A stretch of DNA of 64,000 nucleotides from Pseudomonadota bacterium (lineage in GTDB: Bacteria; Pseudomonadota; Alphaproteobacteria; UBA1280; RI-95): NCBI GenBank assembly GCA_016125375.1, contig WGLU01000007.1, forward strand, positions 68,499 through 132,498, written 5' to 3'. The position numbers and the translations under genes were made by a program. How positions within the stretch are numbered: position 1 is the stretch's first letter; every line of letters starts with the position of its first letter. The notes under the pieces are model-generated. The model saw only the letters and a list, made by a program, of their open reading frames with translations, made no database searches and was not told where the DNA came from. Below are positions 1 through 9,029 of the stretch, piece by piece.

Positions 1-344
1 GTCTATATCCTTAACACGTTCTCAACTTAAGCTCTGGCAGAGGTGCGGACCATCCGCGCCTCAGGATGCGGTTTTTTCAACGTGACGGCAAAACCATAAG
101 GCCTGCCGTACCGCAGAGGTGTTTTTTAAGCGTTGGCGGGGTGTGCGTCAAGGGGAAAAATAACCAATGGAAGGGACCGTGTGCATTTTAATGGTAAAAT
201 ATTGCATACAACCCTTTGACATCGGCCCGCCGCATACCTAACCTTACATAAAGTACAAAGCTGTCTTCGGGCAGTTCCTATCTCCTGTATCTTTTCTTCT
301 CCTTGTGTTTTTCCCTGTTTTTCTTCTTTCGAAGAGGAATCAAC

Positions 345-2027
345 ATGCATACCTCCATCAAAGCGCTCCTGCTGGGCGCGGGTGCGGTTGCTGCGCTGGG
401 CCTCGGCCTGGTCGGTGGCAGCGGTTCCGCGAAGGCGGCGAACGAGGTCTACTCGGGCCTCATCTCCGGCGACCTGTCCATCAGCGAGAGCACCGCGCAG
501 CCGGGTCTGTCCGACAAGGCGCGTATCGAGCGCGAGCTGAGCGCCATGGTCTTCATCCAGGGCCCGGGCGTCAACGACGACGGCAGCATCAACCGTGAGG
601 GTTCCGCCCTCGGGTCGGGCTTCGTCATCGACAACAAGCGCTGTATCGTCGTCACCAACAACCACGTGACGGCCGGCCTGGCCTACGTGACCGTGACCTA
701 CCGTGTGGGCATCCGCCCGGACGGCTCGGCCATCCACAACACCACCTATGGCACGCTCATCGGTCACCCGACCGAGGAAAACGACATGGCCGTGGTGAAG
801 CTGGACAACTGCGAAGGCACGTCATGGGCGCCGATCGGCAACTCCAATGCCCTCGAGGCCGGTGACGTGGTCACCGCCATCGGCAACCCGTTCGGGCTGC
901 ACGAGACGGTGACGCACGGCGTGGTTTCGAACCCGCGTCAGCACCGCGAAGGCACCGGCGAGGGTGGCACGGCCTGGCCGTACATCCAGACCGACGCGCC
1001 GATCAACCCGGGTAACTCCGGCGGTCCGCTGTTCAACAGCGACGGCGAGGTCATCGGTATCAACTCCGAGATCTTCAGCAAGAGCGGCGGCAGTGTCGGT
1101 CTGGGTTTTGCCCGTCCGGCGGTTCTGCTCAAGCTCTACCTGAACAACCTCGCGCAGCACGGCCACATGGCCAAGCCGCGTATCGGCATCGAAGTCGCCC
1201 CTCTGACGGCGACCGAGGCGTCGATCATCGGCGTGGACAAGGCCATGAAGGACGCCGGCTTCGGCGACGGCATGGTCTCCAAGGGCTTCACGGGCGTCAG
1301 CGTCCACAACGTCGTCCCGGGTACCCCGGGTGCGGCTGCGGGCCTGAAGAAGGGCGACATCATCCTCGGTCTGGGCGGTCACGCCCAGTACGATATGTAC
1401 TCGCTCATCCGTGCGGTCGACCAGGTCATCCCTGGCGCGCCGACCAAGCTCACCTTCCTGCGTGACGGCCAGGTCCATACGGTCCTCGTCGCCCTGCAGG
1501 ACACCTGGACGGCTCCCGAGCCGCGCCCGGGTGCCGAGGCCTACGAAGGCCTGATGGGCTGGAAGCTGGAGATCGACCCGACCAAGTTCGGTACCGACCT
1601 GCCGGTCATCACGGACATCAAGCGCCTGAGCCCGGCCTTCAAGGTCGGTGGTCTCACCAAGGCCGAGGTCCATGAAGCCGAAGAGAAGCGGATGATGACG
1701 CCGGCCGGTCCGGCCACGCTCATCGTCAGCGGTCATCAGGAAACGGCGATCGACGCCGTTCTGGCCGAAGGTCTGGAGCGTCTGAACCTGGCCGATGTGC
1801 CGGCTGCCGAGCGCATCAGTGCGCTGGAAGCCTACATCGCCAAGGCGCATGCCGAAGGCCGGAAGGTGATGGTCTCCATCCATGTCCGCGTCAAGAGCGA
1901 AGCCAAGCTGGGCGAGAACAGCCTGCCGGCCGAGATCAAGGACAAGATCCTCAAGGGTCTGGCCGCTGGTCAGGATGTCGACAGCCAGTTCTATGTCGAG
2001 ATCAAGCCGAAGGCGTTCGCCAACTAA
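345..2027 (+). CDS. Secreted HtrA/DegP-family (S1C) trypsin-like serine protease with PDZ domain and ~170-aa C-terminal extension (paralog 1)
   Basis: ORF 303..2027 trimmed to the internal Met at 345 (SD gaagagga upstream). The N-terminus MHTSIKALLLGAGAVAALGLGLVGGSGSAKA looks like a signal peptide. Catalytic triad context: His in VVTNNHV, Asp in NDMAVVKLD, Ser in GNSGGPLFN. A PDZ-like segment follows (GDIILGLGG...LTFLRDGQVHTV). GC3 is very high. Confidence 0.8.
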   Translation: MHTSIKALLLGAGAVAALGLGLVGGSGSAKAANEVYSGLISGDLSISESTAQPGLSDKARIERELSAMVFIQGPGVNDDGSINREGSALGSGFVIDNKRCIVVTNNHVTAGLAYVTVTYRVGIRPDGSAIHNTTYGTLIGHPTEENDMAVVKLDNCEGTSWAPIGNSNALEAGDVVTAIGNPFGLHETVTHGVVSNPRQHREGTGEGGTAWPYIQTDAPINPGNSGGPLFNSDGEVIGINSEIFSKSGGSVGLGFARPAVLLKLYLNNLAQHGHMAKPRIGIEVAPLTATEASIIGVDKAMKDAGFGDGMVSKGFTGVSVHNVVPGTPGAAAGLKKGDIILGLGGHAQYDMYSLIRAVDQVIPGAPTKLTFLRDGQVHTVLVALQDTWTAPEPRPGAEAYEGLMGWKLEIDPTKFGTDLPVITDIKRLSPAFKVGGLTKAEVHEAEEKRMMTPAGPATLIVSGHQETAIDAVLAEGLERLNLADVPAAERISALEAYIAKAHAEGRKVMVSIHVRVKSEAKLGENSLPAEIKDKILKGLAAGQDVDSQFYVEIKPKAFAN

Positions 2028-2038
2028 CCAAGCGACAG

Positions 2039-2071
2039 GAAGCCCCCCCTCACCGGGGGGCTTCTTTTTTT
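2039..2071 (+). terminator. Rho-independent terminator (GAAGCCCCCC-loop-GGGGGGCTTC followed by T7)
   Basis: A 10-bp GC stem directly after stop codon 2025-2027, followed by a run of seven T. Confidence 0.8.
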
Positions 2072-2172
2072 GTTTTACAATAAGGGGGCGGTGGGCCTAC
2101 ACTCACAGAAATACCATCCTTTTGCTTTTCCCTTTTTGTATCTTCCCGCTTCTCTCTTCAGGAGAGGTCATC

Positions 2173-3324
2173 ATGATCATGAAAATCCTCCGCGCCCTGT
2201 ACGGGGTGTTCTGCGTCGTCCGCGACGTGTCGTTCGCGCTCGGCCTCATCGTCCTCGTCGCCTTCGGCTACCTGTTCGTCGACGAGCTGGGCAAGCTGCC
2301 CATCGACATGCCGGAAGCCGCCCGTGCCTACCCGGAAACGGCCGCGCCCGTGAAGATTCCGTTCAAGCTCGACCCGGCCGAAAGCACGGCGCTCGCCGGC
2401 CTGACCGATGCCCAGCGCACCGAGCGTATGCTGCGCTCCACCATCATGGTGGTGACCGGCGAACGCGCGCTTGGCTCCGGCGTCATCATCGACAACAAGG
2501 CCTGCTACGCGGTGACCAACGAGCACGTCATCGGCATCCCCGGTGACATCAAGGTCTCGTACATCACCCGCTTCCGTGAAGACGGCAGCGCCATCACCAA
2601 GACCGTCGACGCCGAGATTATGGGCATTCCGAGCAAGGACAACGACCTTGCCCTGCTCAAGCTCTCCGGCTGCGAAGGCACGTTCTGGGCGCCGATCGGC
2701 GACTCCGACGTCCTGCGTCACGGCGATCTGGTGACGGCCATCGGCCATCCGAAGGGCCAGTTCTGGACCCTGACGGAAGGCGTGGTCAGCCAGCCGCGCC
2801 GCAAGATGGAAGGCTACACCGACTCTTCCGGTTGGGAGATGATTCAGGTGGACGCCGCCATCAACAGCGGTAACTCCGGCGGTCCGCTCTTCACGCGTGG
2901 TGGTGCCCTCATCGGCATCAACTCCATGAAGCGCACCGACGGCGAGAACCTCGGCTACGCGCGTCCGGCCAATCTGGTCGAGACGTACCTGGTCTACCTG
3001 TCGCACTACGGTGCCATGCCAAAGATCCTGCTCGGCGTCGAGGTCAGCCAGATGGATGACGAGATGGCCGCCACCAATGGCGTGCCTGCGTCCTACATCA
3101 AGGCCGGCGACTTCGGCCTGCTGATCAAGACCGTCATGCCCGACGGCAAGGCGGCCAGCATTGGCCTGAAGGCCGACGACGTGCTGCTCGCCGTCAACGG
3201 CGACGGCGTGTACGACGTGCACCAGTTCAAGCGTCTGCTGTACCGGCACACGCCCCATGGCGCCATGAAGCTGACCATCATCCGTGACGGCCAGCTCCAG
3301 ACCGTGACCGTGTCCGGCAACTAA
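2173..3324 (+). CDS. Membrane-anchored HtrA/DegP-family (S1C) serine protease with PDZ domain (paralog 2)
   Basis: ORF 1882..3324 trimmed to MIMKIL at 2173 (SD ggagagg upstream). The upstream extension is Arg/Ser-rich and non-genic. The N-terminal TM helix is ALGLIVLVAFGYLFV. Catalytic context: His in AVTNEHV, Asp in DNDLALLKL, Ser in GNSGGPLFT. The PDZ-like C-terminus is clearly paralogous to 345..2027 (shared CEGT.WAPIG, LVTAIG motifs). Confidence 0.8.
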   Translation: MIMKILRALYGVFCVVRDVSFALGLIVLVAFGYLFVDELGKLPIDMPEAARAYPETAAPVKIPFKLDPAESTALAGLTDAQRTERMLRSTIMVVTGERALGSGVIIDNKACYAVTNEHVIGIPGDIKVSYITRFREDGSAITKTVDAEIMGIPSKDNDLALLKLSGCEGTFWAPIGDSDVLRHGDLVTAIGHPKGQFWTLTEGVVSQPRRKMEGYTDSSGWEMIQVDAAINSGNSGGPLFTRGGALIGINSMKRTDGENLGYARPANLVETYLVYLSHYGAMPKILLGVEVSQMDDEMAATNGVPASYIKAGDFGLLIKTVMPDGKAASIGLKADDVLLAVNGDGVYDVHQFKRLLYRHTPHGAMKLTIIRDGQLQTVTVSGN

Positions 3325-3334
3325 CCAAGCGACA

Positions 3335-3367
3335 AAGCCCCTATCCGCAAGGATAGGGGCTTTTTTT
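3335..3367 (+). terminator. Rho-independent terminator (AAGCCCCTATCC-GCAA-GGATAGGGGCTT followed by T7)
   Basis: A 12-bp stem 11 nt after stop 3322-3324, followed by seven T. It is preceded by the same 18-nt sequence (caactaaccaagcgaca) found after the first protease gene. Confidence 0.8.
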
Positions 3368-3407
3368 CTATGGTTGCTTTTGGCGTAAAGCGCGCTACTT
3401 TAAGGGC

Positions 3408-5408
3408 ATGACATTCAAACTCGCCAGTCCATTCAAACCCATGGGGGACCAGCCGGCCGCAATTGCGGGGTTGGTGCAAAGCCTGCGCGAAGGTAAGCGC
3501 GACCAGACGTTGCTGGGGGTTACCGGCTCCGGCAAGACGTTCACCATGGCCAATATCATTGCGCAAACAGGCCGCCCTGCGCTGATTATGGCGCACAACA
3601 AAACCCTTGCCGCGCAGTTGTACGAGGAGTTTAAGGACTTTTTTCCCGAGAACTCGGTGGAATATTTTGTCTCCTACTACGACTATTATCAGCCCGAGGC
3701 CTATGTACCCCGCTCGGATACGTATATCGAAAAAGACGCCAGCATCAACGAGCAGATTGACCGTATGCGCCACTCGGCCACGCGGGCGCTGTTCGAGCGC
3801 AGGGACGTGATTATCATTGCTTCTGTATCGTGCATTTACGGTATCGGCGATCCGGAGAGCTATTCCAACATGACCATTCCGGTGGCGGTGGGCGACACGC
3901 TGGAGCGGGACGGCTTCCTGAAACGGCTGGTGGAGTTGCAGTACGAACGTAACGACACGGTGCTCACCCGCGGCACGTTCCGCGCCCGTGGCGACGTGAT
4001 TGAGCTGTTCCCCAGCCACTTGGAAGATACCGCGTGGCGGATGAGTTTTTTTGACGACGAGGTGGAAAAGCTCCAGGCCATCGACGCACTAACTGGCAAG
4101 GTGGTGGAAACCTACGAGAGCGTGACCGTTTACCCCAACAGCCACTACGTGGTGCCCAAACCGCGTTTGCTGACGGCGATTGATACCATTCAGGCCGAGT
4201 TAAAAGAGCGCCTTAACTACCTGAATGCCAACGGTAAACTGCTCGAGGAACAACGCCTGCGCGAGCGCACCAACTTTGATTTGGAGATGATGCGCGCCCA
4301 CGGCTACTGTAACGGTATCGAGAACTACTCCCGCCACTTGACCGGCCGCCCGACGGGCGCACCGCCGCCGACCCTGTTTGACTATTTCCCGTCCGACGGT
4401 TTGCTGTTCGTGGACGAGAGCCACGTCACCGTGTCGCAAGTCGGTGGCATGAGCCGCGGTGATGCGGCACGTAAAGGCACACTGGTAGAGTTCGGGTTCC
4501 GCCTGCCATCCGCTATGGATAACCGTCCCCTGACGTTTGAGGAGTGGGATGCCCGCCGCCCGCAAACCGTCTACGTCAGCGCCACGCCGACTGAACGCGA
4601 ATTGAGCCTGAGTAAGGATAAAGTGTTCGAGCAGCTCATCCGTCCGACGGGTCTTATCGACCCGTCGGTCACCATCAAGCCTGTGGAAGGACAGGTGGAC
4701 GACCTGATGGCCGAAATCCACACCACCATCAAGGCGGGCTTCCGCGTGCTGGTGACGACCCTGACCAAAAAAATGGCCGAGCAGCTGACCGAGTATCTGG
4801 GCGAAAATGGCATTAAAGTCAGGTACATGCACTCGGACATTGATGCACTGGAGCGTTCGGAAATCATTCGCGAGTTGCGGCTGGGCACCTTTGATGTACT
4901 GGTGGGCATCAACTTGCTGCGTGAGGGGTTGGACATTCCGGAGGTCGCGCTGGTGGCCATTCTGGATGCGGATAAAGAAGGGTTCCTGCGTTCCACCACG
5001 TCGCTCATCCAGACCATTGGCCGTGCAGCCCGTAACGCCGATGGCCGCGTTATCCTGTATGCCGATACAGTGACCAAGTCCATCAAAGCAGCGCTGGACG
5101 AAACCGACCGCCGCCGTGACAAGCAAATGGCCTATAACGCCGAACACGGCATTACGCCCAAGACCATCATCAAGGATGTGAAGAACTACCTTGAGCGGGA
5201 AGACAAGCCCGACGGCAAGGGCGCTAAAAAGGCTGCTGCCGCGCAAGCTATGCTGCTGGACCCGAAAGCGCTGGATAAAGATTTGGCTGCGCTCCGCAAG
5301 GAGATGTTCAAGGCTGCCGAGGAACTGGAGTTCGAGCGTGCCGCACAGTTGCGGGACCGCATCCGCGAGGTGGAGGCGCTGCAGCTCGGTTTAGACGCCG
5401 GAATGTAG
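3408..5408 (+). CDS. uvrB: Excinuclease ABC subunit B
   Basis: The N-terminus has [19 protein letters not shown] (Walker A) and helicase motifs. The gene length (666 aa) is typical. A C-terminal UvrB/UvrC interaction helix is present ([18 protein letters not shown]). Confidence 0.95.
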   Translation: MTFKLASPFKPMGDQPAAIAGLVQSLREGKRDQTLLGVTGSGKTFTMANIIAQTGRPALIMAHNKTLAAQLYEEFKDFFPENSVEYFVSYYDYYQPEAYVPRSDTYIEKDASINEQIDRMRHSATRALFERRDVIIIASVSCIYGIGDPESYSNMTIPVAVGDTLERDGFLKRLVELQYERNDTVLTRGTFRARGDVIELFPSHLEDTAWRMSFFDDEVEKLQAIDALTGKVVETYESVTVYPNSHYVVPKPRLLTAIDTIQAELKERLNYLNANGKLLEEQRLRERTNFDLEMMRAHGYCNGIENYSRHLTGRPTGAPPPTLFDYFPSDGLLFVDESHVTVSQVGGMSRGDAARKGTLVEFGFRLPSAMDNRPLTFEEWDARRPQTVYVSATPTERELSLSKDKVFEQLIRPTGLIDPSVTIKPVEGQVDDLMAEIHTTIKAGFRVLVTTLTKKMAEQLTEYLGENGIKVRYMHSDIDALERSEIIRELRLGTFDVLVGINLLREGLDIPEVALVAILDADKEGFLRSTTSLIQTIGRAARNADGRVILYADTVTKSIKAALDETDRRRDKQMAYNAEHGITPKTIIKDVKNYLEREDKPDGKGAKKAAAAQAMLLDPKALDKDLAALRKEMFKAAEELEFERAAQLRDRIREVEALQLGLDAGM

Positions 5409-5646
5409 AGGAAATCTGCGCTTTTTTGCGTATCTACCTGAAAAGTAGGATATTTTTGTCTGGTTTGTTTTCCACAATCGGACGGGCGTGGCGCGAAGAT
5501 ATGTTAAAATAAGTGCTAACCCCTTTATTTGGCGGTTAACATGTTGATAAATAATGAGCAATTAAGGTGCCTATTTTTTGGGCAAGGCACGTAACCCCCG
5601 CTTGTTTGATGGATTTTTTGAGGTTTTGGATGCTTTTCCCACAGAG

Positions 5647-5655
5647 TTATCCACA
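5647..5655. promoter_or_regulatory. Perfect DnaA box TTATCCACA in the uvrB-uvrC intergenic region
   Basis: Exact 9-mer consensus. A second near-consensus box, TTTTCCACA, lies at 5468-5476, and a weaker GGGGATAAA lies at ~5662-5670. All sit within a 346-bp AT-rich spacer. Confidence 0.4.
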
Positions 5656-5754
5656 ACTGACGGGGATAAACTTAAAAAGTGTTTATTTTCATTCGGTTGT
5701 TTGATGAAAGTAAACGTCATATGAAGATGTAAGCGTAAACCGGACAGCAGGACT

Positions 5755-7578
5755 ATGGATGGCATTACCCTCATCACCGAACGTCTGAAAACCCTGCCTA
5801 CAGCGCCGGGTGTGTACCGCATGCTGGGCGAGGGCGGCAAGGTGTTGTACGTCGGTAAAGCCAAGAATCTGAAAAACCGCGTGACCAGCTATACCAAACC
5901 CGACCGCGGCATGAGTACGCGCATCCGTAAAATGGTGTTCGAGACCCGCGACCTTGTGATTGTGGAAACCGCGACCGAAGCACAGGCCCTGCTGCTGGAA
6001 GCGGAGCTGATTAAGAACCTCAAACCCTATTACAACATCCGCCTGCGGGACGATAAGTCATTCCCGGGGATTCTGCTGTCGGCGCATGACAGCCCACGCC
6101 TTAAACTCCACCGCGGTCCCGTGCCGGACGGGGCGCGCTACTTCGGCCCCTATGCGGATGCGGCGGCTGTTCACAAAACCATCGATACGTTAGAACGGGT
6201 TTTTAAACTGCGCACATGCTCGGACGGGTTTTTCAAGGCGCGGACACGGCCATGCCTCAAGTACCACATCAAACGATGCTCGGCGCCGTGCGTAGCGCGT
6301 ATCGGCCATAAGGACTATCAGCGGACGGTAGATGAGGCGAGCGCTTTTCTGCAAGGCAAGGGCGACACCGTGTTGGGTACCATCCGTATCCGGATGGAAG
6401 AGGCATCCAAGGCCATGGACTACGAACTGGCGGCGGTGGAGCGGGACAGGCTCAAGGCACTGTCGGCGCTGCTGACCAACCAGCAGGCCATTGCCGAGGG
6501 GCTGGACGAGGCCGACGTGTTTGCCATGTACCAGAGCGGCGGGCATGTGGCTGTACAGCTGTTCATGTTCCGGGGCGGGAGCCATACAGGGAACACGGCG
6601 TTCTTCCCACAGGGGCTGGAGGTGGAGGATATGGCCGAGGCGATGCGGATTTTCCTCGCTCTTCATTATGCCAGCCGCAAGGCGCCCAAAGTAGTGCTGA
6701 CCAATATCGCCCCGCAGGATAAACCCACGTTGGAAGAGGCTTTAAGCCAGCAGGCTGGCCGCAAGGTGAAGGTGGAAACGCCAAGCCGCGGTGAAAAGCA
6801 CACCCTTGTGCAGCAGGCGCTGAAAAACGCGCAGGGGGCGCTGACCCGCAAAATCGAGAGCGGGGCGACCCAGAGCCAACTGCTGGCCGAGTTTGCCGAG
6901 CTTTTGGGCTATGACGGCGAGATACGGCGCATCGAGGCGTTTGATATCTCCAACACTCAAGGGCGCCAGCCCGTGGCCAGCATGGTGGTGGCCGATGAAG
7001 AGGGGATGAAAAAAGCCGACTACCGCAAGTTCAGCATCAAAGGCAAGGACACGCCGGACGACTACACCATGATGCGCGAGGCCCTGACCCGCCGCTACAG
7101 CCGCCTGAAAGAACAGGGGGCCGAGGCGGACTGGCCGGATGTGGTGATGGTGGACGGCGGGCTGGGTCACCTGCACGTGCTGGAGGAGGTCTTTAAGGAA
7201 CTGGAGATTGACGGCCCGGTGCTGACGGCCATTGCCAAAGGGCCGGAGCGCGATAAGGGGCTGGAGAAGATCTTCCTGACCGGACGGGGCGCGCCGCTGG
7301 ATATTCCGTTTAATACGCCGCTCATCTTCCTGCTCCAGCGCATCCGGGACGAGGCGCACCGCTTTGCCATTGGCTTCCACCGTAAAACGCGCAGCAAGGC
7401 GCTTATCCGCTCGGCGCTGGACGAGATTGCCGGCATTGGCCCCAAACGCAAGAAAGCCCTGCTGCTGCACTTTGGTGCGGTGGAAAACATCCGCAACGCA
7501 ACCGTGGATGACCTGCTCAAGGTTGATGGCCTTAACCGCAAAACGGCGGAGCTGATTTACCACTACTTCAATGGTTAA
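5755..7578 (+). CDS. uvrC: Excinuclease ABC subunit C
   Basis: GIY-YIG N-terminus (GVYRMLGEGGKVLYVGKAKNLKNRVTSY). UvrBC-binding region, RNase H-like domain and C-terminal HhH (GIGPKRKKALLLHFG). 607 aa. Confidence 0.95.
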   Translation: MDGITLITERLKTLPTAPGVYRMLGEGGKVLYVGKAKNLKNRVTSYTKPDRGMSTRIRKMVFETRDLVIVETATEAQALLLEAELIKNLKPYYNIRLRDDKSFPGILLSAHDSPRLKLHRGPVPDGARYFGPYADAAAVHKTIDTLERVFKLRTCSDGFFKARTRPCLKYHIKRCSAPCVARIGHKDYQRTVDEASAFLQGKGDTVLGTIRIRMEEASKAMDYELAAVERDRLKALSALLTNQQAIAEGLDEADVFAMYQSGGHVAVQLFMFRGGSHTGNTAFFPQGLEVEDMAEAMRIFLALHYASRKAPKVVLTNIAPQDKPTLEEALSQQAGRKVKVETPSRGEKHTLVQQALKNAQGALTRKIESGATQSQLLAEFAELLGYDGEIRRIEAFDISNTQGRQPVASMVVADEEGMKKADYRKFSIKGKDTPDDYTMMREALTRRYSRLKEQGAEADWPDVVMVDGGLGHLHVLEEVFKELEIDGPVLTAIAKGPERDKGLEKIFLTGRGAPLDIPFNTPLIFLLQRIRDEAHRFAIGFHRKTRSKALIRSALDEIAGIGPKRKKALLLHFGAVENIRNATVDDLLKVDGLNRKTAELIYHYFNG

Positions 7579-7583
7579 GGCAT

Positions 7584-7613
7584 AAAAAAAGGGGATGCGC
7601 GAGCATCCCCTTT
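7584..7613. terminator. Bidirectional hairpin terminator (GGGGATGC-GCGA-GCATCCCC flanked by A7 / T3)
   Basis: Sits between the convergent uvrC (+) and the CDF-like gene (-). It is a strong terminator for the minus strand, where the A7 run reads as T7, and a weaker one for the plus strand. Confidence 0.7.
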
Positions 7614-7619
7614 CGCTTG

Positions 7620-8240
7620 TCAGACGGTCTTGTCGACCAGCAGTTTGGTGCAGCGGTAGCCGAGGCGCGAGCCGGAGATGACCATCACCGCAGCGATGAG
7701 ATACACCAGCGCACCGTCCAGCCAGTACCAGCCGAGGGTGGTCATCAGGATGCCGGCGCCGGCCATCAGGACCGTCATCATCACGTGGGCGCTGATGTGC
7801 AGGCACACGCCCATCACGTTGACGTTGTGGCAGCCGCGGTAGAGCAGCCACGCCACAAAGCTGTGCAGGGCGAAGCTGACGCCCGAGAAGGCGGTCAGCC
7901 ACAGGCCTGCGTTGCCGCAGATGTCGGACCCGTGCATATGCATGTGGTGGGCGTGGCCCATACCGTACAGGCCGATGTTGGCACCCAGAATGATGAGGAT
8001 GACGGCGTTGACGAGGCCGCCGATGGCCTCGATACGGCGTTCGGCATCACCCAGCTTGAGCGCAACCAGTGCCGCCGCCCAGGCAACGAACATCACCGAG
8101 GTATGGCCGAGCATGTTGACGGCGTCCGCCGCCAGAGCATCGAGGCCGGTCAGGCGCGCACCGATGAACTCGGCCGCGGCAAAGGCGACCATCAGGCCAA
8201 TGGACAGGCTGATGCGCCATAGGGGGGTAAGGTTTTTCAT
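7620..8240 (-). CDS. Cation diffusion facilitator (CDF)-like transporter consisting of the transmembrane domain only (no cytoplasmic C-terminal domain); His-rich loop GHAHHMHMHG
   Basis: Matches CDF TM2/TM3/TM5 signatures: AADAVNMLGH (cf. ADAGHMLTD), RRIEAIGGLVNAV (cf. RAEILGALVN) and GVCLHISAHV (cf. LHVLGD). Six predicted TM helices in 206 aa. GC3-rich. Confidence 0.6.
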   Translation of the reverse strand: MKNLTPLWRISLSIGLMVAFAAAEFIGARLTGLDALAADAVNMLGHTSVMFVAWAAALVALKLGDAERRIEAIGGLVNAVILIILGANIGLYGMGHAHHMHMHGSDICGNAGLWLTAFSGVSFALHSFVAWLLYRGCHNVNVMGVCLHISAHVMMTVLMAGAGILMTTLGWYWLDGALVYLIAAVMVISGSRLGYRCTKLLVDKTV

Positions 8241-8308
8241 GGGAGGGGCTCCCGCAGGAGAGAAAAGAAAAGGTGAAGCAACTGGCGGGCACTATATCAC
8301 AGGTCACT

Positions 8309-8340
8309 AAAATAAAAAGGGGCACCATGTGGTGCCCCTT
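8309..8340 (-). terminator. Rho-independent terminator for the 8358..8858 gene (AAGGGGCACCA-TG-TGGTGCCCCTT, then T-run on the minus strand)
   Basis: An 11-bp perfect stem. The A-run at 8309-8318 becomes the T-tail on the minus strand. Confidence 0.75.
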
Positions 8341-8357
8341 CATCCGGTCGTATCGCC

Positions 8358-8858
8358 TTAGAAGCCGCGGCCCGCGCGGGACGTGGCGGCGTTGACGCCG
8401 TACTGCTCCAGCGCAGCGGCAGTCATGTTCTGCAGGACGGCGTCCCACAGACGGTCCTGCATCAGGGCGTCGCGGTTCTTGAACATGTCCATCAGGCTTT
8501 CCGGCTCGTCACGCAGCGCCGTGGCCAGCAGTACCTCGTAGAAGGCGGCAGGCACGTCGCGGCCAAGCTCGGCCTCGATGTCGATGATGGCGCGTACTGC
8601 ACGGCGGGACAGGTCGCTCTTGGCAACGTCCAGCGCGGCGGACAGGTTGGGGTAGGCGTTGCCGCCGAAGCTGTTGCCGATGGCATACAGCGCCTCGGTA
8701 GCCAGCGGGGTGCCGTGCCAGGCAAACAGGCAGGCGGCGTCCACATAGTCGGCCTTCAGGCCGTGCCAGACGGCAGGCAGGGTAGCTGCGGAGACAGCCG
8801 GACGGCCAGCGATGATGCGGGTGACGTCGGCAATACGGGCAGCAGTGGAACGGGTCAT
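8358..8858 (-). CDS. Hypothetical protein (166 aa), no family recognised
   Basis: Clean ORF with its own terminator. GC3-rich like the adjacent CDF-like gene. No motif I can place. Confidence 0.5.
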   Translation of the reverse strand: MTRSTAARIADVTRIIAGRPAVSAATLPAVWHGLKADYVDAACLFAWHGTPLATEALYAIGNSFGGNAYPNLSAALDVAKSDLSRRAVRAIIDIEAELGRDVPAAFYEVLLATALRDEPESLMDMFKNRDALMQDRLWDAVLQNMTAAALEQYGVNAATSRAGRGF

Positions 8859-9029
8859 GTACGTGCTCCTTCAAGCGTTGGTGAGAGCAAAATCATAAGG
8901 CGGAAGAGTGTTATGTGAAAAGGGAAAAAGGTGCGTCAATGCATAAAGCGCGCGCACCTTAGCACCCGTGTTGAAGGCTGTCGAGGGAGATAAAGAAAAA
9001 AGGAGCTTAAAGCCCCTTTTTGTCTGTGG

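Noticed and set aside
217-245. Possible promoter TTGACA-17-TAACCT upstream of the first protease gene
   Set aside because: The -10 element is poor (3/6 match), so confidence is too low to annotate.
126-1883. Long antisense ORFs (126..767, 822..1883 and others) opposite the first protease gene
   Set aside because: They lie entirely within a well-supported sense gene and have Arg/Ala/Gly-rich low-complexity translations typical of antisense frames in GC3-rich DNA. No SD was found.
1882-2172. N-terminal 97-codon extension of ORF 1882..3324 (Arg/Ser/Pro-rich)
   Set aside because: It overlaps the 3' end and terminator of the upstream protease gene. The composition is non-protein-like. A proper SD and a TM-helix start exist at 2173.
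2158-3258. 366-aa antisense ORF opposite protease paralog 2
   Set aside because: Same reasoning: a GC3-driven open frame on the opposite strand of a strongly supported gene.
3325-3407. Alphaproteobacterial LexA (SOS) box GTTC-N7-GTTC upstream of uvrB or in the uvrB-uvrC spacer
   Set aside because: No match to the GTTC-N7-GTTC/GAAC-N7-GAAC consensus was seen in either region.
5409-5754. Calling the uvrB-uvrC spacer the chromosomal origin (oriC)
   Set aside because: Only one perfect and two weak DnaA boxes are present, with no dnaA, hemE or parAB context. It is kept as a regulatory-region finding and not annotated as an origin.
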